From an uncultured Pseudomonadales bacterium (GTDB lineage: Bacteria > Pseudomonadota > Gammaproteobacteria > Pseudomonadales > Azotimanducaceae): DNA of 45,898 nt. Under the pieces are notes generated by a model that made no database searches, was not told the origin of the DNA, and worked only from the letters and a program-made list of their open reading frames with translations. The DNA is taken from the NCBI GenBank assembly GCA_963992075.1, contig CAXDSX010000001.1, positions 1 through 45,898 on the forward strand. The letters run 5' to 3'. Of this stretch, positions 45,846-45,898 are shown in pieces; positions within the stretch are counted from its first letter, which is position 1, and every line of letters begins with the position of its first letter. Made by a program: the position numbers and the translations under genes.

Positions 45846-45898
45846 CTGTCTCTTATACACATCTGACGCTGCCGACGAATAGAGAGGTGTAGATCTCG
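45846..45898. other. Illumina Nextera adapter read-through (non-biological sequence)
   Basis: CTGTCTCTTATACACATCT (45846-45864, transposase mosaic end), then GACGCTGCCGACGA (45865-45878), an 8-nt index ATAGAGAG (45879-45886), then GTGTAGATCTCG (45887-45898, the start of the P5 complement). Confidence 0.97.

Noticed and set aside
1-45898. A search by eye for CRISPR repeats, IS inverted repeats, integrase/transposase genes, phage genes, toxin-antitoxin pairs or known defence genes.
   Set aside because: None were seen. Every ORF over 130 aa outside embedded antisense frames is accounted for by a housekeeping or metabolic family or a simple membrane/lipoprotein. No spaced direct-repeat array is visible in the few non-coding gaps. 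A computational repeat search is still needed to be certain.

Overview
This 45.9-kb contig fragment looks like a streamlined gammaproteobacterial chromosome. About 47 protein genes are tightly packed: most gaps are under 60 nt and at least 15 gene pairs share 1-11 nt stop/start overlaps. The content is almost entirely housekeeping.

Gene order, left to right:
- Distal part of an E. coli-type complex I operon (nuoG fragment, then nuoHIJKLMN), followed by a CtBP-like D-2-hydroxyacid dehydrogenase.
- Minus-strand SDR-SDR-DUF2628 cluster, a TauE-like permease, an MBL-fold hydrolase, a PlsC-like acyltransferase and srkA.
- Two tandem long acyl-CoA dehydrogenases.
- A translationally coupled MtnK-like kinase plus an atypical IUNH-family nucleoside hydrolase, downstream of mpl.
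- A convergent phosphofructokinase (PPi-type clade) and K+-independent H+-pyrophosphatase pair.
- A lipoprotein-PCu(A)C operon divergent from dsbD.
- The conserved block aroQ-accB-prmA-dusB-purH-purD, which conspicuously lacks accC and fis.
- An LLM-class oxidoreductase, coq7 and an AlkD-family DNA glycosylase pseudogene (two in-frame stops plus a frameshift).
- A long minus-strand run: VOC, OsmC, crotonase, trpCDG, a low-GC GT4 glycosyltransferase, an M20 amidohydrolase, a secreted alpha/beta hydrolase and a 5'-truncated acyl-CoA dehydrogenase.

The last 53 nt are Illumina Nextera adapter read-through, which creates the artefactual MCIRDSQ N-terminus on the final ORF.

By eye I found no rRNA, tRNA, CRISPR array, IS/transposase, integrase, phage or recognisable defence genes. 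I do not see a convincing self-contained novel system. The best candidate for undescribed biology is the short MtnK/DrdK-like kinase coupled to the non-canonical nucleoside hydrolase. Everything else is a synteny, motif or quality observation. All family calls come from motif recognition by eye, without database searches, and several start codons are uncertain.
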